NCBI GenBank assembly: GCA_046597375.1
Contig: JBKJKM010000174.1
Location: 15,677-79,676 of the forward strand
Reading direction: 5' to 3'
DNA length: 64,000 bases
From: Acidimicrobiales bacterium
Lineage (GTDB): Bacteria > Actinomycetota > Acidimicrobiia > Acidimicrobiales > CADCTF01
Shown piece after piece: positions 47,020 through 56,888 of the stretch (positions are counted from its first letter, which is position 1; every line of letters begins with the position of its first letter). The notes beneath the pieces were generated by a model. The model had not been told where the DNA came from, ran no database searches, and saw only the letters and a program-made list of their open reading frames with translations. The position numbers and the translations under genes are program-made.

Positions 47020-47658
47020 TCACTTGCGCAGTGCAGCCCCGAACGCAGAGGCGACCGCTGCGTGACCTGCGGAGTTGGGATATCGCCCGTCATCGCTGGC
47101 GATCGCTGCGCCAGCGAGGTTGACCAAGACGGCGCCCTCGGCGTCGGCCGCTTCGGCGATCACGGTGTTGTATTCAGCGGTTGGCGCGCTGGCGACGGCT
47201 TGTAGTGGTGCCACGTTGGCCACCAACACCTGAGCGCGACCGCTCTGGCGAAGGCCGTGGAGAAACTGCCGCAGTGCAGACCCGAAGGTCTCTGGCTCGG
47301 TGCCGGCCAAGAGGTCGTCGGTGTTGAGCCAGACGGCGACGATCGTGGGCGACAAGGCCAGAACCTCGGGGAGCGCCTCGGAGACGGCGTCCGATGCCAG
47401 GAGTTGCGGGCGCGCCACATTCACGAACTGCGTCGCCCGCGGCAGCGATTCCCGGTAGAAGCGCTGCGCCCAGCCGTCGCGAAGGCGTACGTCCGCACCC
47501 TCACCCACCGTTTCTCCCGAGCCCACCGCCACGTACGACGTGATCGGACCACTCGGTGTCGGCGGCAACGCAGTGTTGCGAGCAGGTGCGAAGCAGGCGC
47601 CACCGATCAGAACGGGAATGGCGACCAACACCTTCCACGCTCGGCACCGCACTCTCAC
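47020..47658 (-). CDS. SGNH/GDSL-like hydrolase-fold lipoprotein (motif I atypical)
   Basis: The lipobox-like sequence is LIGGAC. YVAVGSGETVG occupies the GDSxT position. VAVWLNTDD and the C-terminal DGRYPNSAGH (DxxH-like) are also present. GTGA overlap with the upstream permease gene. Confidence 0.5.
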   Translation of the reverse strand: MRVRCRAWKVLVAIPVLIGGACFAPARNTALPPTPSGPITSYVAVGSGETVGEGADVRLRDGWAQRFYRESLPRATQFVNVARPQLLASDAVSEALPEVLALSPTIVAVWLNTDDLLAGTEPETFGSALRQFLHGLRQSGRAQVLVANVAPLQAVASAPTAEYNTVIAEAADAEGAVLVNLAGAAIASDDGRYPNSAGHAAVASAFGAALRK

Positions 47659-49010
47659 GTGTCGACCGCTTCTCTTGCCGGGAGGCGCGCGGCCCTCCAG
47701 GCGGGGAGACTTCCGGCGAGGACAGCGAGCACGGTGGCCCCGACGACGCCGGCGACGAGCACGCCGACCGGCGAGGACGCCTTGACACCGACCAGACCCT
47801 CGCTCGTCAGGTAGCCGTTGACGACCGCGCCCACGGTCTTGGCGATCACGACGCCGGCAGCGGTGCCGGCCACTCCGCCGATGATGCCGACGACCGCGGC
47901 TTCGAGGAGGAAGACCCGGAGTATGTCGCGGTCGCGCGCGCCGATCGCCTTGAGAACACCGATCTCCCTTCGCCGCTCCCGCACCGCAGCCAGCAACGCG
48001 TTCGTGATCCCCAGTGAGGCGATCATCAACGCGATCGCGCCGATGCCGCTGAGCACGATCTCCACCACTCGCAGGTAACGCTGCACCGAGGCAATCAGGT
48101 TCTCGGGTGCGCTCGTCGCATAACCGACCTCGGTGATCGCCGCACGTACTTGCGGCACCCGATCAAGGCTCGAAGCGACCACGAAGAGTCCGGCGTAGGT
48201 CGAGCGGTCGCCGGGGTCGCCGTCGAAACGGTCGCCGCTGGCAGCCCACTCCTTGGCGGCCGCAACCTGTTCGGCTGATGCCAAGAGACCGCCGGGCGCC
48301 GCTTCCTGGGCGACGACCCCGACAACGAGCACCCGAGTCCACCGGCCCTGGAAGCGCGGTCCCTCCGACGTCGAGGTCACCCGTGCCGATCCGAGTTCCA
48401 ACTCGGTCCCGACGATCGATGCAGCTCGCTCTCTGGGAACGCCGACACGCTCCAGCCAGGTCGGCGTCACGGCCACTTCGAGCATCGAGCGCGCCGCTGG
48501 GAGCCGCCCGACCACGAGGGTGACCGGCAGTTTGGTTGCCGCCCCGAGGTCGACACCGACCACGGTTTCGCCCAGTCCGCCGGCGAAGCGTCGGTTGCGG
48601 CGGGATCGCGACGATGTGTCGGCGCGGGACAGGTCGATGCCGCCGCCCGGGCCGTGGTTCGATGCGATCACGAGTACGTCGGTCGTCGTGATGGGCACGA
48701 CCGAGCGAACGCCCGGTATTGCGCGTATCCGGGTCAACGACTGCTGATCGATGGCGCGAGCCCCGGCGGTCTGTGCGGCGTCGGAATCGAGTTGACCTGG
48801 ATCCGGCGCGGCGGCGACGACCTTGATGCCGGAAAGCGGTCCGCCCTTCGACAGTTCGTTGAGCACTCTCGTTTGTGCGGTGTCGGCGATGAGCAAGAGT
48901 GCGCTGAACAGTGCAGCAGCCAGCGCCACCGCGGCAATGGTGATACCTGTCCGTCCGAGCCGGCGGGACACGCTGCGGGTCGCCAGTCCGACAGCATCGA
49001 TCCAGGTCAC
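47655..49010 (-). CDS. FtsX/MacB-type ABC transporter permease
   Basis: GTG 49010 overlaps the ATPase stop (GTGA). The N-terminal TM is followed by a large periplasmic domain and a C-terminal FtsX domain (RRREIGVLKAIGARDRDILRVFLLEAAVVG). Confidence 0.8.
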   Translation of the reverse strand: MTWIDAVGLATRSVSRRLGRTGITIAAVALAAALFSALLLIADTAQTRVLNELSKGGPLSGIKVVAAAPDPGQLDSDAAQTAGARAIDQQSLTRIRAIPGVRSVVPITTTDVLVIASNHGPGGGIDLSRADTSSRSRRNRRFAGGLGETVVGVDLGAATKLPVTLVVGRLPAARSMLEVAVTPTWLERVGVPRERAASIVGTELELGSARVTSTSEGPRFQGRWTRVLVVGVVAQEAAPGGLLASAEQVAAAKEWAASGDRFDGDPGDRSTYAGLFVVASSLDRVPQVRAAITEVGYATSAPENLIASVQRYLRVVEIVLSGIGAIALMIASLGITNALLAAVRERRREIGVLKAIGARDRDILRVFLLEAAVVGIIGGVAGTAAGVVIAKTVGAVVNGYLTSEGLVGVKASSPVGVLVAGVVGATVLAVLAGSLPAWRAARLPAREAVDT

Positions 49011-49774
49011 GCCGGGAGGTGAGCGTCGGTCGCCGTACGGCCGTCGATGAGATGCAGGCGGTGCGGTGCCCGCGCCGCCAGCTTCCGATTGTGAGTCACG
49101 ACCACCAGCGTGCATCCACGCTCGGCGACCGCCATCTCGAGCAGGTCGATCACGGTAGCCGCCGAGTCTTCGTCGAGGTTGCCAGTGGGCTCGTCGGCCA
49201 GGATCACCCGGGGTTCGTTCGCAAGGGCTCTCGCCAGCGCGACGCGCTGCCGCTCGCCGCCGGAAAGGGCGACCGCACGATGGTGAAGGCGGTGCGACAG
49301 CCCGACGTCGCACAGCAACGCGGTAGCCACTCGAGCCCGCTGGCCACGACGAAGGCCAGCGAGGGTGAGAGCGACCTCCACGTTCTCGAGAGCGGTGAGC
49401 GTCTCCAACAACCCGAAGTGCTGGAACACGAAGCCAACGGTCCGCCGTCGGAACTCCGCCAAGTCGTTGCGATCGAGCGCCGTCAGATCAACGTCGCCGA
49501 CGCGCACGCTTCCGGTCTGCACTTGTTCCAGACCGCCGATGACCGAAAGAAGCGTGCTCTTCCCGGCTCCAGAGTTCCCAGTCAGCGCGAGGTAGCCGCC
49601 CGCAGGGAGGGATAGGTCGATATGGCGCAGCACCTCCACACGCCCTTCGGTCGGAGACGGGTAGTGGTGGGAGAGCGTCACGACCTCGATGGGTTCCCCG
49701 GTCGGCGCCACGACATCATTGTGTCTGGCGCTCGTCACCTTTCGACCGCGGACTGTTCCCCATCTTGGGGTCAC
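49007..49774 (-). CDS. ABC transporter ATP-binding protein (MacB/LolD-like)
   Basis: [58 protein letters not shown] and VVTHN. Confidence 0.9.
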   Translation of the reverse strand: MTPRWGTVRGRKVTSARHNDVVAPTGEPIEVVTLSHHYPSPTEGRVEVLRHIDLSLPAGGYLALTGNSGAGKSTLLSVIGGLEQVQTGSVRVGDVDLTALDRNDLAEFRRRTVGFVFQHFGLLETLTALENVEVALTLAGLRRGQRARVATALLCDVGLSHRLHHRAVALSGGERQRVALARALANEPRVILADEPTGNLDEDSAATVIDLLEMAVAERGCTLVVVTHNRKLAARAPHRLHLIDGRTATDAHLPA

Positions 49775-49813
49775 CAGGCTTCATCCACTGGTCCGACAAG
49801 GTCATCCTCGGCC

Positions 49814-52800
49814 TCACTCGTCGCGGAGGAGCTCGGTCGGTTCGAGTCGATTGACCATTCGCGAGGCGACGGTGGTCGAGGCGATGGTGGCGATGAACAC
49901 CAGAACCACCGCGATGGCTACGCCGCCGATAGGGACGGCATAGGCGGGGGTGAGGACGAAGAGGGGTCGGAGAACGGCCACGAAGTAGGCGCCCATGACG
50001 ACACCTACCGCGACGCCGGCCAGAGCGCCCACGACCGCCACCGTGGTGGCTTCAAGGGTGATGAGCCATCGGATGGTGGAAGCCCCGAGGCCCTGGGCGC
50101 GGAGGGTGATGTACTCGCGGCGACGCAGGAGGAGAAGGCAGAACACGAAGATTGCGATGGTGACGACGGCCATGGCGAGGGAGAACGTGGAGTCCAACTG
50201 GACGAGGCCGGCGATGTTCAGCGCGGCGAGGCTCGACTGGTCGCTCGCGAGCGTGGTGGTGCGGGTGTCGATCTGGAGCTCGCCGTCGTTCGTCGCGTCG
50301 GCTCGGATCGAGTCGACCGCCGCGCGCAGTCCGGCGTTGCCGGTGCCCGCCGCCGTGGCGAGGAAGAAGTCGGGGACCTTCGACGGCACGGCGGACGTGT
50401 GCTCGGAGATGGCCATCACGGCGTCGGCGCCGTCGGGGAACCCCGGGAGGCGTTCGAACAGCGCCGTGATGTGGAGCGGAACCTCTACCTGAGCATCGGT
50501 GGCGCGGGCCAGCACAACGTCGAGCGTGTCGCCGACCTCGACTTTGAGGAACGCCGCCATGTCCTCGCTGACGAGGATGGCGCTGGGGTCGTTGCGAAGT
50601 TCTCGGAAGGCGACGTCTGGACTGCCGTCGGTGAAGCGGCTCCCGGTCAACGGAGCGATCGAGGGGTAGGTGGCGGGATCGACAGCGGCCAGGTTCGCGG
50701 GGTCGGAGGTGCGGGCGCTGCGAAGGATGACGTTGCTGAGCTCGTACACGACTGGGGTGGCGGCGGCGATACCCGGGGTCTGGAACACCTTGACGTCGTC
50801 GACGGTGTAGCGCCGTCCGGACGTGGGACTGGGGGTGATGCGGATGTCGGCACCGTTCGCGTAACGGGCGTCCCGGACCTTGGCGGCGTCGTAGGACGCA
50901 GTGAAGGCCGCTAGGCAGGTCGCCAACGCAACGATGAGGGAGACGATGAAGGCTCCGTTGCTGATGGACCAGGGGCGCCGTCCGATGCTGAGTCGGTAGA
51001 GGCTGGGCACCGGGCGCCCGAGGGCTGAGGTCGACTGCGGCTGGGTCCGCCCGAGAAAAGCGCCGACCGCGCGGGCGCCGAGCAGGCCGCCGGTGATCCA
51101 GACCGCGAGAGGCAGCACGAGGAGGGCCACGTTGAGGGTGACCTTGCGGCCGAAGTACACCGAGCCCGGGACGCCCGCGAAGGCACCGGCGCGCACCGCC
51201 ACTGCGGTCCCGACGGCCACGACCGCCACCCCGATGATGTCCAGACGGGCGCGCCTCCAGACGGGGACGCCAAGAGTATGACGGGCCCGATCGCCGATGA
51301 TCTCCCGGTCGATGGAGCGGCGGCCTGTCAGGTACAGGGCCAGGCCTGTGGCGGCGAACCCTCCGAAGGTGCCCAGGATCGCCGAGGTGGCAAGGCTCGA
51401 CGGGTTGGCCCGGTCGAGCGATTCCTTGCCGAGGATCGCCGCCGCGAGGAGGTAGCCGCTCACCAGCCCGGTCGCCGATCCGACCGCGGTCAATGCGCCG
51501 GTTCGCAATGCGAGCATGCGCAGCAAGTGCCTGCGGGCGGCCCCACGGACCCGCAGCATGGCCTGCTCGCGACGTTGGGCCTCCGCAAGCACCGTGCCGG
51601 AATAGGCGGCCAGCATCGCCGCGAGGAAGCCGCCGGGAACACCGAGGAACAGGAAGAGCCGCTTGGCCACGTCGGCGTCCCCAGCGGCGACCCCGAGGGT
51701 GTTGGAGATGTTGTCGAGGAGATAGTCCGAGTTGGAGGCGACGGCGACGACGTCACCTCCGAGTCGGCCGGTCTCGAGCTTTGCCGTGGCGGGATCGGCG
51801 TCGAGCAGGCTGCGGTCCAGCGCGATGTCGACCTCGCGGATGGGGGGAGTCTTGACCCGTCCCGTGCCCGCCGCGGCGGCGCGGTCGAACGCGGGTTGGA
51901 CGACGTCGGCAAAGGTGCCCGGCGAGACCACCACACAGTTGGCGGTGTAGACGAAGGTCTCGAGGTCGCCGCCGCGCCGGCTCGAGAACAGAGACCGGGC
52001 CCTTGACAGGTCCGCAATGCCGCTGACCACCAGATCGATCGTCGAGTCGTCGGGCAGGTGCACCGAGAGGGTGTCGTCCGGCGCCAGCCCCAGCGCCGCG
52101 GCCACCTCTGCGCTGACGACCGCTCCGTCGGCCGAGAGGGTGCCATCGACAATGCGAATGGAGTCGTCCCTCGCCGCATACTCGTCGTCGAAGGCGAAGA
52201 TCTTGGCCGGGCCGGACAGGGTGGTTCCGGCGCCCGTGAGCCGGGAGACGCCGAGGTCGGCGATCGACAGCGGACTGGCTGCGGCGACGCCGTCGACTGC
52301 GGCGATCCTGGTCGCCAGATCGCGTAGATCGACCTGTGCTGCCTCGTTGGCGGTGCCCGGGATCGGGTTCTCGCGACTCGAATAGGTCGACGCCACGGTG
52401 GACGCGTCAACCCTGACCTCGGCGGCCGCCCTCGCCCGGTAGGTGACGCGCCGGGAGCTACCTGGTGCGAGCGTGCCCAGGTTGAAGCCGGTGCGCGCTT
52501 GGCCGTGGGCGAAGGGGTTGCCGTCGATTCCCTCGAGGGGGATCCCGTCGACGCTGGCCGAGTGGGGGACGAAGGGCACCTCGTCGACCGGCACGGACCG
52601 AATCGTCACGTCATGGGCGTCCACCTCACCGGTGTTGGCGATCTCAAGGGTGACGGCCGTCTCGCCGCCGGCGGGCGGCCGACCGGACGGTTCAAAGGTC
52701 TGCGTCATGCGCAGGGAGGCCCCGATCGGCTGGGTGACGATCAGCTGCATGTCGATGGCCAGCGGCGCCACGGCTCGTTGCGTCATGGAGGCCGAGAGAC

Positions 52801-52918
52801 CGTCCACGAAGAACAGCACTCCGCAGAACAGCCCGACTCCCAGAGTGACGCCGACTGTCGTCGAGAGGGTGCGGCGCGGGTTGCGGAGGAGATCGGCGAG
52901 CACGTACCTAACCAACAT
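49814..52918 (-). CDS. Giant (1034 aa) FtsX-family ABC permease with two FtsX domains and a large extracytoplasmic region including a DUF11/CARDB-like repeat
   Basis: The N-terminus is LADLLRNPRRTLSTTVGVTLGVGLF. An Ig-like segment is GETAVTLEIANTGEVDAHDVTI...LAPGSSRRVTYRA. The internal and C-terminal FtsX modules are REQAMLRVRGAARRHLL and REYITLRAQGLGASTIRWL. Confidence 0.85.
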   Translation of the reverse strand: MLVRYVLADLLRNPRRTLSTTVGVTLGVGLFCGVLFFVDGLSASMTQRAVAPLAIDMQLIVTQPIGASLRMTQTFEPSGRPPAGGETAVTLEIANTGEVDAHDVTIRSVPVDEVPFVPHSASVDGIPLEGIDGNPFAHGQARTGFNLGTLAPGSSRRVTYRARAAAEVRVDASTVASTYSSRENPIPGTANEAAQVDLRDLATRIAAVDGVAAASPLSIADLGVSRLTGAGTTLSGPAKIFAFDDEYAARDDSIRIVDGTLSADGAVVSAEVAAALGLAPDDTLSVHLPDDSTIDLVVSGIADLSRARSLFSSRRGGDLETFVYTANCVVVSPGTFADVVQPAFDRAAAAGTGRVKTPPIREVDIALDRSLLDADPATAKLETGRLGGDVVAVASNSDYLLDNISNTLGVAAGDADVAKRLFLFLGVPGGFLAAMLAAYSGTVLAEAQRREQAMLRVRGAARRHLLRMLALRTGALTAVGSATGLVSGYLLAAAILGKESLDRANPSSLATSAILGTFGGFAATGLALYLTGRRSIDREIIGDRARHTLGVPVWRRARLDIIGVAVVAVGTAVAVRAGAFAGVPGSVYFGRKVTLNVALLVLPLAVWITGGLLGARAVGAFLGRTQPQSTSALGRPVPSLYRLSIGRRPWSISNGAFIVSLIVALATCLAAFTASYDAAKVRDARYANGADIRITPSPTSGRRYTVDDVKVFQTPGIAAATPVVYELSNVILRSARTSDPANLAAVDPATYPSIAPLTGSRFTDGSPDVAFRELRNDPSAILVSEDMAAFLKVEVGDTLDVVLARATDAQVEVPLHITALFERLPGFPDGADAVMAISEHTSAVPSKVPDFFLATAAGTGNAGLRAAVDSIRADATNDGELQIDTRTTTLASDQSSLAALNIAGLVQLDSTFSLAMAVVTIAIFVFCLLLLRRREYITLRAQGLGASTIRWLITLEATTVAVVGALAGVAVGVVMGAYFVAVLRPLFVLTPAYAVPIGGVAIAVVLVFIATIASTTVASRMVNRLEPTELLRDE

Positions 52919-53609
52919 TGACCGGCTCCCGCGCTCGGACGGGTCGCCGCAGCTCGACGGTTCGGTCGAGGTGGGCGGCGATCGCCGGGTCGTGGGTGAC
53001 GAGCACCAACGTTGCGCCCATCTCTCGCTGCACCTCGACCAGGAGCTCGATCACGACCCTGGCGCTGCGTTCGTCGAGGGCGCCGGTGGGTTCGTCGGCC
53101 AGGAGCACCGAGGGGCGGTGGATGATGGCCCGGGCCACCGCCGCCCGTTGACGCTGCCCTCCGGACAGCTGATCAGGAAGCCGGGTCGCGAGCTCGCCGA
53201 TCCCGAGTCGGTCCAACACCTGGGCCACGTCCTGGATCGAGCCGGCTGATGTCTCGCCGTGGCAAATCGCGAGCTGCAGACCTACGTTCTCCTCGACCGT
53301 CAGGTGGGGAAGCAGGTTGTCGGCCTGGTACACCATCCCCAGGCGCTCCCGTCGGAATCGGACCCGGCGCCGCTCGTCGAGGTTGGAGACCGTTGCGGCA
53401 CCGATGGCGACGGTGCCCGCCGTGGGGAGAGCGAGCCCGGCGAGGAGGCCGAGGAGCGTCGACTTGCCACAGCCGCTGGACCCCATCACCGCCACGCTGG
53501 CTCCTGCATCGACCGTCAGCGACACGGGATCGAGTGCCCGCACGACTTCGGCGCGGCTCCGGTGCTCGACCATGAGATCGACGGCGACGATCGTGTTGTC
53601 GGTGGTCAT
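52908..53609 (-). CDS. ABC transporter ATP-binding protein (NBD 2 of a heteromeric pair)
   Basis: GSSGCGKSTLLGLL, LSGGQRQRAAVARAI, LLADEPTGALD and LVTHD. ATGA overlap with the upstream NBD gene. Confidence 0.9.
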   Translation of the reverse strand: MTTDNTIVAVDLMVEHRSRAEVVRALDPVSLTVDAGASVAVMGSSGCGKSTLLGLLAGLALPTAGTVAIGAATVSNLDERRRVRFRRERLGMVYQADNLLPHLTVEENVGLQLAICHGETSAGSIQDVAQVLDRLGIGELATRLPDQLSGGQRQRAAVARAIIHRPSVLLADEPTGALDERSARVVIELLVEVQREMGATLVLVTHDPAIAAHLDRTVELRRPVRAREPVNVG

Positions 53610-54280
53610 CTCGTCACGACCGCTCCGCCATCGAGCGCGTAGCGGTGCTCGGCCAGATCAGCCAGGGCCAGGTCGTGGGTGACGAACAACACGGCAAAGT
53701 CGGCGTCCATCACCTCATCGACCACGCGCGCGGCCGTCTCGCCGTCGAGCTGGGCGACGACCTCGTCGGCCAGCAGAAGCGCGGGCTCGTTGGCCATCGA
53801 CACGGCCAGCGCCACCCGCTGGGCCTCGCCGCCGGACAGATGGCGGGGACGGTGACCGGCGCAGTCGGCGACATCGAAGCGCTCAAGCAGGCCCATGGCT
53901 CGGGCTCGGGCGGCTGGGCGCGAGCGGCGTCCTCCGAAGGCCAGTGCCACCTCCACGTTCTCGCGAGCGGTGAGGAACGGGATGAGGTTGTCGGATTGGA
54001 GGGCGATGCCGATCCGGTCGGCCCGCAGCCGAGCGCGATGGCGGTCGTCGAGCTCGCTCATTGCGACGCCATCGATCTCCACGGTCCCGGAGTCGGGCTG
54101 GAGAAGACCCGCGAGAAGGGAAAGGAGCGTGGACTTCCCGCTGCCGGACGGGCCGACGAGGCTGGCCTTCTCGCCCGGCCGGATCGCCAGGTGCACATCA
54201 TCGAGCACGAGGGTCGCAACAGTGGCGCTCTCGAAGGACTTCGACACACCGTTGAGCTGCGCGATGGGGGTCGTGATCAC
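53606..54280 (-). CDS. ABC transporter ATP-binding protein (NBD 1; atypical D-loop region ADEVVAQLD)
   Basis: GPSGSGKSTLLSLL, LSGGEAQRVALAVSM, LLLADEVVAQLD and FVTHD. GTGA overlap with the lipoprotein gene. Confidence 0.9.
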   Translation of the reverse strand: MITTPIAQLNGVSKSFESATVATLVLDDVHLAIRPGEKASLVGPSGSGKSTLLSLLAGLLQPDSGTVEIDGVAMSELDDRHRARLRADRIGIALQSDNLIPFLTARENVEVALAFGGRRSRPAARARAMGLLERFDVADCAGHRPRHLSGGEAQRVALAVSMANEPALLLADEVVAQLDGETAARVVDEVMDADFAVLFVTHDLALADLAEHRYALDGGAVVTR

Positions 54281-55218
54281 GAGGCGCGCCTTGCTGGGGG
54301 AGCGCTTGCGAACACCTCGGGGGCGGTCTCGAGGGCGTGGGCCTCGATGGCGAGGACCGTCTGGCTGGCCTCGGCGAGTGCGTCGGCGCTGAGCACGAGG
54401 AAGTTCAGGAGCTCGAAGCGGTCCTGGTGGAGGCTGGCGTCGAGTGGGACGTTCTTGATCACGCCGACACCAGGGGCGTAGTACTTGTTCTCGTTGTCAG
54501 GTGCCCCGACGTTGCCTTCCTGGACCACGAGCACGTCATCGAAGCACCCGAAGATCACGCACTCGCGCACGCCAACCCGCACTGGTTCGCCGACCGAACC
54601 CGCTTCCTCCGGGGCTTGGCCGATGAACCACCGTGGCGTTTCGATGGTGACATCCATGGGCGAGAGGATGCCGACGATCTGCCCGTCGCCCGAGCCCAGC
54701 CAGGCGGTGTCGATGTTGGTGTACTCACCGCCCTCGAAGTCCTCGTCGTAGCCGCCCAGGATCCAGACGTTGCCGTGCTTGTCGAGCGCCATGTAGTCCA
54801 TGCCGATCTGTGCGACCTCCCCGGAGTCTGTCGACTCGCCCAACATGGCCACGGTGGGCACGCCATCGATCTCGCGGATGACATCGGTGATGGTGACGAT
54901 GATCCCGTGGGGAACCGTGCGTGAGCCGACCTCGGTACTGCCGCCGTACACCCATTGCGTCCCCGGCTTCAGTGGGTGGTAGAGGTTGGTGGAGAGGGTC
55001 GGGTCGACGAAGTTCGCCGGATCGAACTCGATCTTCGTGCCCTCGTTGCCCGGATCTGTGGCCAGCCCCTCGTTCTTGGTGCCCGACCCGCTACAGGCGG
55101 ACACCACGAGCATGGTTGCCATCACCGGCACCACAATCCTGCGCCATCGGTCCAGGCTCGTCCTGCTGCGGAAGTACCGGATGTCGGACCTCGTTGAGGA
55201 CGATGCCGTAGGGAACAT
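54277..55218 (-). CDS. Lipoprotein, hypothetical (first gene of the ABC operon)
   Basis: Lipobox MLVVSAC. The mature part is globular and rich in Gly, Asp and Val. No family is recognised. Confidence 0.6.
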   Translation of the reverse strand: MFPTASSSTRSDIRYFRSRTSLDRWRRIVVPVMATMLVVSACSGSGTKNEGLATDPGNEGTKIEFDPANFVDPTLSTNLYHPLKPGTQWVYGGSTEVGSRTVPHGIIVTITDVIREIDGVPTVAMLGESTDSGEVAQIGMDYMALDKHGNVWILGGYDEDFEGGEYTNIDTAWLGSGDGQIVGILSPMDVTIETPRWFIGQAPEEAGSVGEPVRVGVRECVIFGCFDDVLVVQEGNVGAPDNENKYYAPGVGVIKNVPLDASLHQDRFELLNFLVLSADALAEASQTVLAIEAHALETAPEVFASAPPARRAS

Positions 55219-55322
55219 GAAGCCCCTATACAGGACCGTTCCTGAAGATCGCCTGAATGCCGGCGATCAGGTCCGACGAAGTGTGCCCGAGCCCGCGGCT
55301 GCACGGACGGCTTCGTGCACGA

Positions 55323-56150
55323 TCATGGGAACTCCGGCATGACCTCCGCAGCGAATGCTTCGACGCGAGCGCGCCCTTCTTCGGGCCATCCGCAGACGAG
55401 GTAGCCCCACCCGCCGTCGCGCCACTTGGCGATGTATCTGCGGAGAGTGTCGAACGGGTCGGACAGCGACACCGAGGCGGCGCGGAGGACTGACGCGGGG
55501 TCGCGACCGCCTTGCTCCGCGAGCTCGTCGATGCGGGCAGAGGATTCCCGCAGGGAGTTGGGCGTGCCGAACCCGTGCCACACGTCCGCGAAGCGGGCCA
55601 CCAGCGGCAGGGTCCGTCGCGGTCCGGTCCCGCCGATCCACAACGGCGGGTGCGGCCGTTGCACCGGCAGCGGCAGCATCCGGGCGTTGGCCAACGACAC
55701 GACGTGGCCCTCGTAGGACACGGTCTCACCGGTCATCAGTCGCTTGATGATCTCCAAGGAATCCTCGAGCAGGTCGAAGCGGGCTCCCCGGTCGGGAAAC
55801 GGAATGCCTAGCGCCGAGTGCTCGGGCTCGAACCAAGCGGCACCCAGCGACAGCTCGAGCCGGCCCTGCGACGCGTGATCGATCGTCATCGCTTGCGTCG
55901 CAAATACGGAGGGGTGACGATATGTCGCGCCGGCCACCAGGAGGCCGAGCCGGATGCGGCTGGTCTGACCGGCGAGGGCGGCCAGTGTCGTCATGCCGTC
56001 AAAGCATTCGCCGGGTCCATCGCCATACATCGGCTGGAAGTGGTCGAAGCCCCAGGCGCCGTCGAAGCCGAGGGCTTCGCCGAACTGGGTCCGACTGACG
56101 ACCTCATCCCATGGCATGCGCTGCTGACCGACATCGATACCGAATCGCAT
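55323..56150 (-). CDS. LLM-class F420-dependent oxidoreductase
   Basis: MRFGIDVGQQ...FDGAWGFDHF...LGLLVAGATYRHPSVFATQAMTIDHASQGRLELSLGAAW matches the LLM family. Confidence 0.85.
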   Translation of the reverse strand: MRFGIDVGQQRMPWDEVVSRTQFGEALGFDGAWGFDHFQPMYGDGPGECFDGMTTLAALAGQTSRIRLGLLVAGATYRHPSVFATQAMTIDHASQGRLELSLGAAWFEPEHSALGIPFPDRGARFDLLEDSLEIIKRLMTGETVSYEGHVVSLANARMLPLPVQRPHPPLWIGGTGPRRTLPLVARFADVWHGFGTPNSLRESSARIDELAEQGGRDPASVLRAASVSLSDPFDTLRRYIAKWRDGGWGYLVCGWPEEGRARVEAFAAEVMPEFP

Positions 56151-56314
56151 CGCCGCTTTCTAGCCTCCGCGCCGGCCCTTCGAGGCAGTAGAGCGTGTGC
56201 ATGTCAGCCCGCAACGCCGGGCCGCTCGATCCGAGAACACCAGGCCCCGAGAAATCTCCGCGATCGAGGTGAACATCGCTCCGTTTCCCATCTCGATAGT
56301 GAAGTGCCGCTCGC

Positions 56315-56343
56315 TTGACATCATCGATATACGAACCTACGTT
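56315..56343 (+). promoter_or_regulatory. Candidate sigma-70-type promoter for the VOC gene
   Basis: TTGACA (56315-56320), a 17-nt spacer, then TACGTT (56338-56343). AAGGGAGG is the SD before ATG 56368. Confidence 0.35.
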
Positions 56344-56367
56344 CCCCTCTGACGAAAGGGAGGCTTC

Positions 56368-56841
56368 ATGGCTATCGACCCCATCCCGGAGAACTATCCG
56401 CAGGTAATCCCGTACCTCACGGTCGACGGTGCCGCGCAGGCGATCGACTTCTATGTCTCGGTGCTCGGCGCCAAGGAGCGCATGAGGATGCCGGGTCCTG
56501 ACGGCAAGATCGGCCACGCCGAGCTCGAGATCGGCCGAGGCATGGTGATGCTCAGCGATGAATTCCCCGACATGGGCGGCAAGAGTCCCAAGACCGTGGG
56601 CGGCAATCCGGTCACGGTGATGACGTACGTCGAGGATGTCGACGCGGTCTTCGAGAGAGCGCTTCGCGCGGGTGCGACGGAACGTCGCCCGCTCGAAAAC
56701 CAGTTCTACGGTGACCGCTCGGGACAGTTCGAGGATCCTTTCGGTCACCTCTGGTACGTCGCATCGCATATCGAGGATGTCTCCGAAGAAGAGATGGCGA
56801 AGCGCTCGGCCGACCTCATGGCTGGAGACGCACCGGCCTGA
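56368..56841 (+). CDS. VOC family protein (PhnB/glyoxalase-like)
   Basis: VIPYLTVDGAAQAIDFYVSVLGAKE...IGHAELEIGRGMVMLSDEFP...FYGDRSGQFEDPFGHLWYVASH is the PhnB-like pattern. Confidence 0.85.
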   Translation: MAIDPIPENYPQVIPYLTVDGAAQAIDFYVSVLGAKERMRMPGPDGKIGHAELEIGRGMVMLSDEFPDMGGKSPKTVGGNPVTVMTYVEDVDAVFERALRAGATERRPLENQFYGDRSGQFEDPFGHLWYVASHIEDVSEEEMAKRSADLMAGDAPA

Positions 56842-56888
56842 CACCTCGTCCAACGGGAGCATGCCTTCGAGCAGCAGGAGTGGCGGCG

